Below, in pieces: positions 41,001-53,393 of a stretch of DNA of 64,000 bases. The notes beneath the pieces are model-generated. The model did not search any database. It worked only from the letters and a program-made list of their open reading frames with translations, and was not told the DNA's origin. The DNA is from Balanoglossus misakiensis (lineage: Eukaryota > Animalia > Hemichordata). The stretch is taken from the NCBI GenBank assembly GCA_040954595.2, contig CM082581.2, positions 7,772,059 to 7,836,058 of the forward strand, in the 5' to 3' direction. Position numbers and translations under genes: made by a program. Within the stretch, counting starts at the first letter, position 1. Every line of letters begins with the position of its first letter.

Positions 41001-43658
41001 ACAGTGCATGTTATATAAAGACTCTCTATTTCTCTTTCCAGACAGAAATTAATGGACCAACATCTAGAATGAGAGGTTCTTTGGTAAGTGCCTTAGAACT
41101 TTTCTTAATGAACAGGAAAACTTGTTATGTCAGATGTGAACTTGTCTTCAGCTCATCATTTTGCATATATTGACCATGGCAACTTTTCTTTCTTTTCTCT
41201 GTTTGTCATAGTTGCCCAGAAGGCAAGCTGAATGCTATTGCCAAGGCCACTTAAAAACCCTTCAACTAATGGGGACGAACAAATATGGAGGGTAAGTTTT
41301 CAGAGCGCCACCAGCGGCCATTTTGCCAAGAGACTTATGTTTTTATAGTTTCGGAACTTCCACACATTTTGCACTTTGCACAGTACTGCAATTGGCAATT
41401 AAGGTGCACATGTAAGAGTTTCCACAGTTTGACATTTGAAGTATGGTAACTATCACCAATGTGCAAATATATCCATTTGTTTTATCCCATTTTCATCACT
41501 GTAGACGTGGACTAGACAACCCGCCCCATCCCTATGACTTGGCATTTGGCAAACATCTTACCATCAGAGCACAGTTTAAACTGGATGGCAAGACAAATGT
41601 CAACTGCCATGAAGTTGAGAACCTAAAACAGATCAGTGAGTATGCTTACATAGAACTTTGCTACCAGAATTTCAGGGCTTTCCTTGTATTGTACTTAACA
41701 AGGGTTGGAATTTATAGCATAGATCATGCAACCTAAAATGAATTTAATAAAACACAACTATTATTTTCCCTGCAGGCAAAAGGTTCCAATTCCTGAAAAG
41801 GGACTATTTCCACTTTGTCAGCTTTGGGCAAAACAAGACTCTCCATTTCAAGGCAGACATCTTTGACCCCAGCGGAAAACTCCATTGTCACAAAGTCCTG
41901 ACATTTAAGTGGTCTGTGAGAAGTCATTTTGGGGTAAGTGTGAAACACCTCGGTAGAGGATAATATTAACATGGTCATTTGGGGTTTAAGCTGGGCACCT
42001 GTCTGAATGAATAAAATTTCCAAACACACGAGTTAGCTGACATGATATTTGAACTTTCCCTCTCTCTGCAGCCTGAAGATGCCCAGTACTTAGTGTCTAA
42101 CGTCTACTGTGGTGAGCTGAAGACTGGTTGGTGGACGCTCACTCTCCACCAACTCAACGTGGAGAATGCCTTTCCCTACACGACCAAGATTCACTTGGTC
42201 AAGCGCAAGTGGTTCAATGACGACACCAAAGGCAAGTCACACTTTGTGTCGGCATGGAGACACACCATCACAGCCTTCTTTTGGTTGGTTTGACTCCCGT
42301 TGTTAAAGTTTGTGTATTGAATGAAAACAGGTGATGCTTCGATGAATGGGTTGTTCATGGTTTCAGTTTTTACTGGGTGCAGAAACTAAGCCATCTGGTG
42401 CAGACAGAGTGTATGGTAGGATTTGTGCTCAGTCAAAGCTGCTTGTAACCACTTTCTGTGTGTTATCTTTTACCTGGCAGAAAGACTATATGGATTATGG
42501 CAAGTGGAGGACATGATGGAATTGCCCCTTGGAGCCACTTTTTACGACATCAGCGGCAAAAGCATGAAATCTAATGATGGTGTCCCAGAGGCATCTGATA
42601 CACCAATACCTTCGCAAATTAACACAACAACAAATGAACATTATTTTGAGGATATAAATGCACCAAAAAACGAGAATCACGATGAAATGGTCAATGACCT
42701 TTTGGCGAAAACGGGAGGTGGATATACAAATCCTGACAAAGCGCCGGAGCCTGTTCGCGAGAAAGAGGATGCAGAACCCACGGTTGCCAAGCAACCAGAA
42801 ACAGCTGCCAAGGCGACCAGGCCACCTATCCAACCACAAGACCTGGGTGGTGATGTCAACGGTGCAGATCGGGCAGGGGAGGGGAAAGAGGGGGCGGTTA
42901 ATCCACTGCAATACATGGAAGTGAACACAGAGAGTGACAGTCTGGATAGGGACAGGGGTCGTGACCTCCGAGGCGATCTTGAACTGGACGTCGACAGGGT
43001 TAAGCGGTTTGAGAAAGACGTGAGGATGCACAACATTCAGAGGCGTTTCCTGGTGGCAGGAAGTCAAGTGGAGAAACCGGAACAAACTGTGCCTGCTGTT
43101 GCTATTGGCAACTTGGATAACCAAGTCGTTCTGGTTCCTGAGGAGAGGTAAATGGGACTGACCATTAACTCTATTTCTTTATAACTGAAAAGTTTATAAA
43201 AATGAAAAGTCACCATTATATTCTCTGTAATAGTCTCTGTTTTTTTATCAGCATTAATTTTGATTTCTTTTCCAGGGCACTCAAAGAAAACATCTCCAAT
43301 TTGGGCTTGAAGTTAATTTTGTTCATTGCTGTTGCAGTTATCTTGACCAAAGGGTAAGTTATTTGGCTGCTACCACCACTCAGGTTGTATGCAGGATGTC
43401 ATACATGGCCAGAATACATGTAACCTGTTATCACCTAGTACTTGTAAACAAGAAAAAAAATTTTTTTTTTATAAATCATGTATCATTTACTAAGAGTTTT
43501 TGACAGACAGTACATGTATTTCCCCCACTTCTTTCAGCATATTGGTTCCTTTGAAGCTGGTCAAACTGGAAAGAAGAAATTACAGAGGGATTTTCCTGGT
43601 GTTTATAACAGTGGCTGTTGTACAGAGCTTACTCTACACTTACGCACAGATCACTTAA
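32041..43658 (+). CDS. GT14 (core-2/I-branching family) xylosyltransferase-like protein, ~1210 aa, 21 exons: 32041-32792, 36937-37011, 37135-37237, 37904-38000, 38180-38259, 38387-38467, 38624-38743, 38900-39014, 39184-39358, 39550-39675, 39883-39985, 40214-40395, 40573-40759, 41042-41083, 41212-41291, 41505-41635, 41776-41933, 42072-42231, 42481-43147, 43276-43353, 43538-43658
   Basis: Phase-consistent chain of 3633 nt. Motifs are collinear with XYLT: ARTKVPSCQKELLQAFC, RLAFAILVH, HYFVIHVDKR, SWGS, WDFAIDLSGADLPLR, SQWAVFSR, LIPDESY, DFCGQGPMDFK, FARKFD, LKTGWWTL. Confidence 0.85.
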
Positions 43659-46111
43659 TTAAAAACTGCAGCAGACAACTTGATCAACTCATCGGTCTCC
43701 GTGTCAAAACTCTTGAGAAGAATGTTCATCATATCAGAGACTTTTAACTTTTTACATCTCAAATCTTGTTAGACAATTCTCAGTTGGATGAGAATGCTCA
43801 TGAGATTCCATGCCATGCGACAAGCATTGCTCTGAAATGTTAATTAATGATCCAGCGTAGTTCACATCGCTTTGCCAAACTCCCCTAAAATGCTGAGAGA
43901 TTATATAGCCAACTCACATCCCAGACTAACGTCAATGTAAGTTTATACATGAATAACTCAATCTGTACTTTCTTTCTTAATTTTTTTCTTCAGAAAAGTG
44001 TTCAAAATTACATGACGCAATGTTTAACTAAGGTAAAGGTAAAAATACTGATAGAGGAATACATTTCTCTGTTTAGGCACTCTGGGCTGTGGGTTAATCC
44101 TGAAACAGTGTGACCGAGAGAAATGAATATCTTGTGGCATGTAAGAATATTCTTTTACTATGACGATAACTGAAATAGGCTGAATTATTTGCCATTAAGA
44201 GAGTTCTTATATTTTTAACTACGACTACTGCTATAATACCAGTGTATTGAACTTTGGTATGAAACATTTTAAAGTGACTTTTCTTTGACTTGAGCTGAAA
44301 TAAAGTTTGGATAGTGGGTGCCCATGTTCTGGCCCCAAATATGAATATTGATAATTGATCATTGTTCGTGAATCAGAGAATGGTCACATGATCAGACTGT
44401 GTTGGGGTGCACTTTTTTGTGTGTGTTGCTATGTATTGAAAATCTGTGATTAGCTAGATTTCAACTTTCCAAAGTTGCTTAATTAGCTAAATTCGTGTAG
44501 GTGGCTGCATACCATTAAATTGCCTAATTGCCAGGCACTGTGGTAACATTCCACGACGTGATAAGATAGTGGTATATAGACAGAGCAGCGACACACAGAA
44601 AGTAAAATAACTACCGGTACTTTATTGCCATTGGACAAAAAATCACCAAAGTACACCATCTCCTGAATTTTAATACAAATATGAAAGATTTACAAAATAA
44701 GTTTCCTTTTTGAGTTAAAGTTTTTAACAGATATATCCCAAATAGCGCCAATTATCTGAATCACAACACATTACCAGTAAGTCCTTTGCAAGGAAAAAAG
44801 ACAAACAGAAATTGCATGCATGCATTTCAGAAAATAAATTACAAATTTACCCAAGATATGAAAACAATACATTTTCGTTATAAACTAAAACCAAAAGGTT
44901 ACCACACAGTGGAGTACTTCAGTCCTTAGCAAACAGATGGCACCATCTTGAATTTGTAACAATTCTGATACGCAAGTGCACGTCCCATAAGTACGCCCAT
45001 TAATTTGTTAAACTTGTTCACGATGAAACAACTAAAGTTAAGGCCACAATCAGCACTTGATCTACATTTGTGTATACCTATTGGCAAGCTCATCATAATG
45101 GATCAATCTAAGTTTGAAAGTATAACTGAAAATAATGCAAGTGGTAGCTAGTGGGTGTTCTAACTCTAACGCTAACTCTGATTCGTTTGTCCCTTGTACA
45201 TCAATCACTATCCTTTGTTAGTACTATTTTACTTGTACTTAAAGTTTTGTTTTTAAATATTAATTTACTGTTATACTAAACTTGCTTGGTGAGTTATCTG
45301 ATGACTTAGGTAACTGCCCCTTTAAAACTTATCTATAAACTTAAAGGGGAAAAACATTGTTATCAACACAGAAAACACCTGTGTGAATAAGTTGGACAAT
45401 ACTTTGTCTTTAAATAACTCATCATCGGCAAAAAAAGCTCTTACATGTAAAATTATAACATGGATTAGTTTCAAGAGGATATGTATATAACTAGAAACAC
45501 TTTTACTTGATTTCCAGACACCTGAACTGTTATAAAATTAGTACGCAAGACAAATGTTGCAGTGGAAATACACAAACTACATTTTTTCTCACAAAATTAC
45601 ATTTCTTGTAAACAAAATGAATCACAATTGAAGGTTACTCCCTCCAAAGTTGTTTTTCTTCTTTCAGAAAAATTCATTGACTAAAACAGACCTCTGTGGA
45701 CGATTTTCTGAAAACACAAGACTACATACATCTCCAAGACTACAGAAAATGTCTGGAGAAATTTGATTTTAGAGAAGATACAATATGTACTGACCAATGT
45801 TTTTTTTTATCAAATTATCAAAGTCAGTGGTGCTATGTAGCAAAATAGCTCACTTTCAATCAATCTTAATCTCGCTGTAAATATAGAAATGGAAATTCTA
45901 TTATTCCTTATGAGCCTAAAAAAACTCATTTGCTATCATGGCCATGTAATCTGATATTTCTCTCCAAGTACATGTAATATCAAGTAATTTTTATGAGTAA
46001 TTTTGTCAATGGGCTCACAAAAAAGGTATTTAAGTGAAAGTAAAGTGCTGTGCAGTATATTTTAACTACTTGGGGGAATTATGTACATAACTAATTGCAT
46101 GTTTTTTTTTT

Positions 46112-49044
46112 TTAGTAGAACCTCTTTCTGTTTTGTTCTTGTCTTTTCTGGAAAACTAAAAACCCGACAATAATACACACAAGTCCACCGAGACAAATAC
46201 AGAAAATAAGTAAAAATAGTTTGCCCCAGCTGAGTGAGATGTTTTTGAAAGCTCCACTTGGATCGTCTATGTGATCTGTTGAGAGAGAGAAGAAATATTG
46301 GGGGAAGTTAGCAGTTGATTTTGGGTAATTTGTGTTGCAGGAAATATTAATGAGAACTTAGCAGTGCACAGTGTGGCAACTGTACTTGCTACACTGTGCA
46401 CTGGAAATTTGGCATTCTCACAGTTGGATTTTGTTGTTGTTGAAAATAATGTCTCTTACCTCTTGGTGACGCAAAGAAATCAGCTTGCGGACTAATTTTA
46501 CTGTAATCAACGTCACTGTCTTTTTCTGCTCTTGAAACTTCCAATTCATACAACTTCATGGATAAAATATCATGATTATCTGTCAAATAGAAAATATCAA
46601 TATGAAAATTCAAACTTCAACAATGCAATCCATTTCAATCTTCTTGAGTTGACGAAAACCTATTTACAGAAACAATAAACAGTATTCAATTATTAAGTAT
46701 ACTGTCAAAAAAGGCAATGCCATGGTGGTGAAAGGGTTTAAGGCAGACATAGGAATTGGAATCAAAGTTTAATATTACTGACCTGCTAGCTGACCAGTCT
46801 GAGCTGAAGCGCCAAAGTAATAGCCAGTTGGTAACCTGATACCAGTCACATCGAAACATTCCTTCCACTCATTCTTATTATCAATGTCCATCATGACCTG
46901 CGGGGTGCAACACAGTCACAATATAAACCATGCTTATTATTCTGAAAGCTGATGGGATTCTGGAGTGAAAGGATTGCTTGCTCTGCAGAGGTCTGGTTTA
47001 CAGGAGAATTCCTTGCTAGTTTTTAGGTGACGAAAGCAGTGACCATTCAAACCACACTGGACGAAAAACCACTCACCGTCAGTCTGTCCTGGGAATACCG
47101 GACTGCCATGGTTGTGTCGTGGTCAGCATTACGCAGCCCCAACGCTTCACATCCGGCTACCTCAGTGTGTGTGCCATCCCTGTCGTGGTCGTACCTCCAA
47201 GTGCCGTTGTTGATCTGTGCTGACATGTATGGATGGCGGTGCTGACCACAGAAAAGTTTTAAGAGACAAAGAAAACTTTTGGTCAATATGAGTTATTATC
47301 GGTGGTTACTGGGCATTTCCTACCATGGTTACACCCTAACTCAAATCAGTGTTCTTGCATTAACGATATGTCAGTGCAAGCAAAACTGATACAAATTCAC
47401 AGGATTTCCATACTCACATTATGTGGTCCATTGTGGTTACTGTATGTATCTATGAACAGTCCCAGACCTTTGAAATAATCCCTACTGCCGAATACTGATC
47501 CTGTAGGGCAAAATTGATGAAAAGAGTGACAAGGCTGTGGTAAACACAAATTTTGTCCTTAGTTGGTACTTTGCTTGAAATTTGTCAACATAAACTCATC
47601 AGCTGTAATCGAAACAACCTTAACACTAGTGTACATTTGTTAAATGACTTACCTAGTTCCATGCGATCTTTAACATACCAGATAGCAAGTCCATCACCAA
47701 ACAGTGTCCCCCTACCTTTCCCATGAATTTTGAAGTGGATGTGCAATTCCCAATCTCTTACATGGCAAGGCTGAACAAAAAAGATGAAAGTTAATAGTTT
47801 TCTTGCATCTACGGTACAATATTTAGGGGCTTGAGACCTAAGTGTGTATCCAACACGTAAAGATTCATCAGAATCAACTCTCATACAATAAGTGCTCCCC
47901 AATGTTGACTTTCTGTCTGGTATTTACAGACTATGGTCTTGATACTCTGTGTACTTAACAACTTACATGGCTTGAAAATTAACAAGGCCAGTTTTCCTAT
48001 TAAATCTGGAGGAAACCTTGAACAGATGGCTGGGAAAGATATATGACAGAAGTTGAGAAACGGTCGGTTAACCACTCCTGGACCCTTAGGGGAAATTTCA
48101 AGTAGTCATTGAAACAGTTCTTATTTCTTGATGTAAATGGTACTACTTTTTGAGATAACTTACTAGTTTGTTCCAAATGGCTCCCCTCTGCGTTTGTCGA
48201 TCCGCTGTAAGTCTGACGAAATTATTGGTTACCATGGTATTCCCAGTGAAATCCCAAAGAGGAATGCTCATTCCGGAACCTACAAGAGGCAAAGAGAATG
48301 AAAGCAATATTTATTCAGCCATTATTTTTCATATACTGCTTTTCCATGACGCCATGTGTGACAATGGTGCAACATCTGTTGCACACACACAAATGCACAA
48401 TGTACATGTATGTACATTGCTCCATGTAAAAAGATACAACTGCACATGTTTAGTCATTTTGGCATCTGTATTTACTTAGATACAATGTACGTTACGGGTA
48501 CTGAAAACGGAACAGCAGAATCTACCAAGGGTTGGCCTATCAAGGTAATCGATGGGTGATTTGCTGAGAATTTCAACTTCCCTACAACACAATGCATGAT
48601 TGAAAGAGTGTACATATCCTCAGGTCTAGAGAAATCTGTTCTAGTAATGTGGCTTGGTCCATCATCAGATTGATCAATTGGATCAATGCCACACCCAAAA
48701 GAGCGCAGTTACAGTTACAGCGAAATTCTCGACTATGCACCTACTCTCTGAAGATATTATGCTCTCCCATGCAGTACTATATGGTATCGGTGCCAGCAAT
48801 ATTGATGGTAACGTAGTGTACGTGCGCTAGCGAGAGAACCACCCATCAGATCAGATGTGGCGACACGTTACTTTTCTGTTATGGCTGACAAAGACGACCG
48901 CTCACCTGTGTATGGCTTGACCAGCGAATGTTCCCGCTTGAGATAATCTCTCGGATTTCCCTCTCTTTCCCTTGAGTCGATGCATAGCACATAGAAAGAC
49001 ATCAAAACAAGTGCAACGTGTACGAAGCCCCTGAAGGTCGCCAT
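46112..49044 (-). CDS. LMAN2: VIP36/LMAN2-family L-type lectin, ~339 aa. Exons 49044-48906, 48279-48164, 47770-47653, 47500-47418, 47241-47077, 46897-46783, 46579-46460, 46275-46112
   Basis: Signal peptide, YLKREHSLVKPY, RDWELHIHFKIHG, GDGLAIWY, DTYSNHNGPH, YDHDRDGTHTE, LPTGYYFGASA, DNHDI, a transmembrane helix and a cytosolic RKRFY* tail. Probably co-orthologous to LMAN2 and LMAN2L. Confidence 0.95.
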
Positions 49045-49241
49045 TTTGCTATTAGAACTCGTTGCTCCCTGGAATTCTCGCGATAGTTCGATAGCTGCGA
49101 GACTACTGTAAGATTTCGATGAGGGCACTGGTACGTGTTTACGGCAAGGTCATAGGGCATAGGGTCAGATAAGCTAGGGGTCAACGAAGGTCATTCATGA
49201 TTTGGTCATGGTGTTTGGTTTGACACGTCGAGGATCATGAT

Positions 49242-49328
49242 CAGTCTCGGTTCATCCAGGTTCCTCTGCTTCTTCCCCTGCGCTCCATCGCGCAGAAGAA
49301 GCAGAGGAGTTTTAGGTAACCGAGACTA
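49242..49328. mobile_element. Degenerate palindromic MITE related to the 15157-15249 element
   Basis: AGTCTCGGTT ... AACCGAGACTA ends, with the right end GGTAACCGAGACTA identical to the 15.2-kb element. Inner TCCTCTGCTTCTTC pairs with GAAGAAGCAGAGGA. The flanks ATCATGAT/ATCGATGAT resemble a decayed TSD. Confidence 0.7.
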
Positions 49329-49790
49329 ATCGATGATCGACTTTTTGACTTGGTGGCGACATTTACAATACCAGAACAGACCACACTACGTACGTGTATG
49401 TACGTCCCCCAGACTGTTTGTCAACAAGTGCGAATCTGTCTGGTAATGTACGCGCTTTGGCCCTGTTTTGGTCAAAATTTTGTTTTATTAATTTAATGTA
49501 TATTAGAAATAGTTTTATGTAGACTGGAATTTAATTTTATTAGGAGCAATCACGAATTAATTTGACCTTTCCCACAGTCCTTTGCGCACGCCTCCTGAAA
49601 TCAAAATCAAAATGGCGGCTGTTTATGTCCATTCCTCGCATAAAGTTAAAAAAAGGGCCGTTGTACAAGTTGTGAGACATTTTGTGGTGGTTAGTCGTCC
49701 CGTACGAATGAGGCGTGAACGATAATGATTATCGGTGCCCGAGTTTTGGTCCACAGATGGGAATTTCATGCTGTTCACCGTAAAACACAA

Positions 49791-50664
49791 CCCTAACTGT
49801 TAACCACTGGGCTTGGGGCATGGATGGCTGTTTATTGTGGCTAGACATGTGTTGCCTAACCCAGTGCATAGCGTGATACAAATACTAGTGGTCGATATGA
49901 TTTAGCCTAACCGTTACCCATTGGCCATGGGTGGCTGCTTATGGTGGCCAGACACTTTATGCCTAACCCGGTGCATAGCTTGATACAAATATTAGTGGTC
50001 GATATGATTTAGCCTAACCGTTAACCATTGGGCATGGATGGCTGTTTATGGTGGCTAGACATGTGTTGCCTAACCCAGTGCATAGACTGATAGAAATATT
50101 AGTGGTCGATATGATTTAGCCTAACTGTTAACCATTGGGCATGCATGGCTGTTTATGGTGGCTAGACACTTTATGCCTAACCCAGTGCATAGAGTGATAG
50201 AAATATTAGTGGTCGATATGATTTAGCCTAACCGTTAACCATTGGGCATGGATGGCTGTTTATGGTGGCTAGACATGTGTTGCCTAACCCAGTGCATAGA
50301 GTGATAGAAATATTAGTGGTCGATATGATTTAGCCTAACTTTTAACCATTGGGCATGCATGGCTGTTTATGGTGGCTAGACACTTTATGCCTAACCCAGT
50401 GCATAGAGTGATAGAAATATTAGTGGTCGATATGAATTTGCCTAACCGTTAACCATTGGGCATGGATGGCTGTTTATGGTGGCCAGACACTTTATGCCTA
50501 ACCCAGTGCATAGAGTGATAGAAATATTAGTGGTCGATATGATTTTGCCTAACCGTTAACCATTGGGCATGGATGGCTGTTTATGGTGGCCAGACACTTT
50601 ATGCCTAACCCAGTGCATAGAGTGATATAAATATTAGTGGTCGAAATGATTTTACCTAACTGTT
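49791..50664 (+). repeat. Tandem array, 107-bp unit, ~8 copies (left arm)
   Basis: GCYAGAC landmark at 49840, 49947, 50054, 50161, 50268, 50375, 50482 and 50589, an exact 107-bp period. Confidence 0.97.
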
Positions 50665-50987
50665 CGCCATCTAAAGAAGCAACTGTTATGTGACTTAATT
50701 TTTGTGTTGTCGTATTTCACTGCATTGTTATCTCAAAAAAAAAAAAAAAATTATGCAATTTTTTTTTATTTTCGCATTTTTTTTGCTATAATGTAGTTCA
50801 CAAAAATTTCCCATTGTACAGTAATAAAATTAATGATGGTATGATTTTTTTCACCATTGGGCTTGGATCAGTCCAAATTAATTGGAAAACACGTAACATT
50901 AATTGGAAATGCTGGAAAAATTAATTCCTGTCTACATGGAGTGATATGTACTGTTTGCACTTGTTAATTATTACAATGTTAAAATTA

Positions 50988-51830
50988 ATATCACTCCATG
51001 CATCGAGTTAGGCATAAAGTGTCTAGCCACCATAAACAGCCATCCATGCCCAATGGTTAACAGTTAGGCTAAATCATATCGACCACTAATATTTATATCA
51101 CACTATGCACCGAGTTAGGCAACACATGTCTAGCCACCATAAACAGACATCCATGCCCAATGGTTAACAGTTAGGCTAAATCATATCGACCACTAATATT
51201 TATATCACGCTATGCACCGAGTTAGGCAACACATGTCTAGCCACCATAAACAGCCATCCACGCCCAATGGTTAACAGTTAGGCTAAATCATATCGACCAC
51301 TAATATTTATATCACTCTATGCACTGGGTTAGGCAACACATGTCTAGCCACCATAAACAGCCATGCATGCCCAATGGTTAACAGTTAGGCTAAATCATAT
51401 CGACCACTAATATTTATATCACACTATGCACCGAGTTAGGCAACACATGTCTAGCCACCATAAACAGCCATCCATGCCCAATGGTTAACGGTTAGGCAAA
51501 ATCATATCGACCACTAATATTTCTATCACTCTATGCACTGGGTTAGGCATAAAGTGTCTGGCCACCATAAGCAGCCATTCATGCCCAATGGTTAACAGTT
51601 AGGCTAAACCATATCGACCACTAATTTTTGTATCAAGGATTCAAGCTATGCACTGTGTTAGGCAACACATGTCTAGCCACCATAAGCAGCCATCCGGTCC
51701 ACGCCCAATGGTTAATGGTTAGGCAAAATCATATCGCCTGTTAAATTTTTTATTATGGCTATGTACTGGGTTAGGCAACAGATGTCAAGCCACTGAGAAC
51801 AGCCATCTATGCCCAATGGTGAACAGTTTA
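50988..51830 (-). repeat. Tandem array of the same 107-bp unit in reverse orientation, ~8 copies (right arm)
   Basis: GTCTRGCC landmark at 51021, 51128, 51235, 51342, 51449 and 51556, then 51671 and ~51784 with small insertions. Confidence 0.97.
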
Positions 51831-53393
51831 GACAAGCCCACTATATTCGCTTTGTGATTTTTGAATCTCAATACTTTTTGTGTGTTTGCAGTGATTTTTT
51901 GTCTTTAAAATAATCTCAATACTTTTTGTGTGCATGCTTGTTTTGAGGGTGTTTCTGGTTGTGAGGGGAGTTTCAAATTAGGGACGGAGCTCATGGTTTC
52001 GTTTAGCTTGGACTAAAACTCTATGGGCCTACACGTTCTCTACACATACGCACTTGCCATTACTCCACACACGCAACATAGAGAGAGCCGGAACAATTTT
52101 TTTATGAAATGAACATTTGTGTTTATTACGAAAAAAATGAAGCCGTACACTTGGAGCAACACTCGGTTAGGCATGGCCATAAAACACCGCCCTGCCACGC
52201 AGAGCTATCCCACTGGACAACATTCTCGCCACGGTCACCGTCCCTTACCGTACTGTCGTCTCATGTCGTCCTTAGCTCTGCGTAGCAGGGTCGTGGCTAA
52301 CGGCGATGACAACATGGCACACCACGGCCCTGATTGTCTTACTACCGTAGGCAAATTAAAATTAAGCTGCAGCAGACGATTATCTTAACCGAATTTCTAC
52401 AAAGTGGTTTCGACTAGAATTTTCCATCTGTGAACCAAAACTCGTGCACCAATCACCGTTACCGAGCACACCTCATTCGTACGGGACGTCGAACCGCCAC
52501 AAAACGTCCCATAACTTGCACAACGGTCCCTTTTTTCACTTTCTCCGAGGAAATCAAACATAAACAGCCGCCATTTGTATTTAAAGGAAGCGTGCGCAAA
52601 GGACTGTGGGAAAAGCCTAATTAATTCGTGATTGCTAATAAAATTAAATTTCAGTCTACATAAAAATATTTCTAATACATTAAATTAATAAAACATAAAT
52701 TAGACCAAAGCAGGGCCAAAGTGCGTACATTACCAATAGCAGACAGATTGGCAAGTGTTGACAAACGGCCTCATTTGCATGACAAACGATGCCGCGGCTG
52801 TTCTGAAATTGTAAATGTCGCCACCAAGTGTTGGACAGTTTCGTGACGTCACCCAACCTTTTGAACTAAAATGGCTGCTGCTGACTCGAAACAGTTTTCT
52901 CTACAAATATTTCCTGTTATGTGTGCACGAGTTTTGTTTTTGTTTTTCAAATTTTTGTTATATGCAACTTGTTTGATGTTTTTCCTGGTGAAGAAAATAA
53001 CTCACACGAGAGAACATAGCAAATTTCCCCTATTTTCTTATTTAATATGGTTCAAGTTGACCAGAAATTCAGCATCTCACAAACAGTTCGGATAGCATAC
53101 TCGACATGCAATCGAGGTCACTCACGCGTCCCTGTCTGGCTATTAATTAATTTCGATTCGACAATTCTGATTGGTCAATTACTATCCGCACAACCGAAGC
53201 ATGTAGACAACAGCACTTGTGATTGGTCAAATAGGCTATAGGCTCTTGGCACAGGTGTGGAACGCAGACGCCCCAATTTACGTTGACACGGGCGTTGACC
53301 TAATTCAACACGCCTGTTCACAAAATTTAAATATATATTGAAAACGCGCGGACATTGCCAGACAGATGCCACCTGGTAGGCAAAGAGATTGAA

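Larger units (their letters stand above)
49348..52829. mobile_element. ~3.5-kb foldback-type element: ~420-bp inverted outer arms enclosing two opposed tandem arrays; no transposase ORF
   Basis: Perfect 22-bp inverted ends ACTTGGTGGCGACATTTACAAT at 49348-49369 and 52808-52829. Inverted similarity continues over ~49348-49765 versus ~52418-52829. Confidence 0.85.

Noticed and set aside
42495-43124. 209-aa antisense ORF
   Set aside because: Shadow of the GT14 stalk exon.
32041-49044. Functional cluster of a glycosyltransferase and a cargo lectin
   Set aside because: Convergent neighbours in a eukaryote; adjacency alone is not evidence of co-function without synteny or co-expression.
49791-51830. 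Regular repeats superficially like a CRISPR array
   Set aside because: Units are contiguous with no unique spacers, there are no cas genes, and the context is eukaryotic.
53366-53385. CTCF-like motifs (also near 31357, 41304, 61706)
   Set aside because: Short degenerate matches that cannot be separated from chance without motif scoring or ChIP data.
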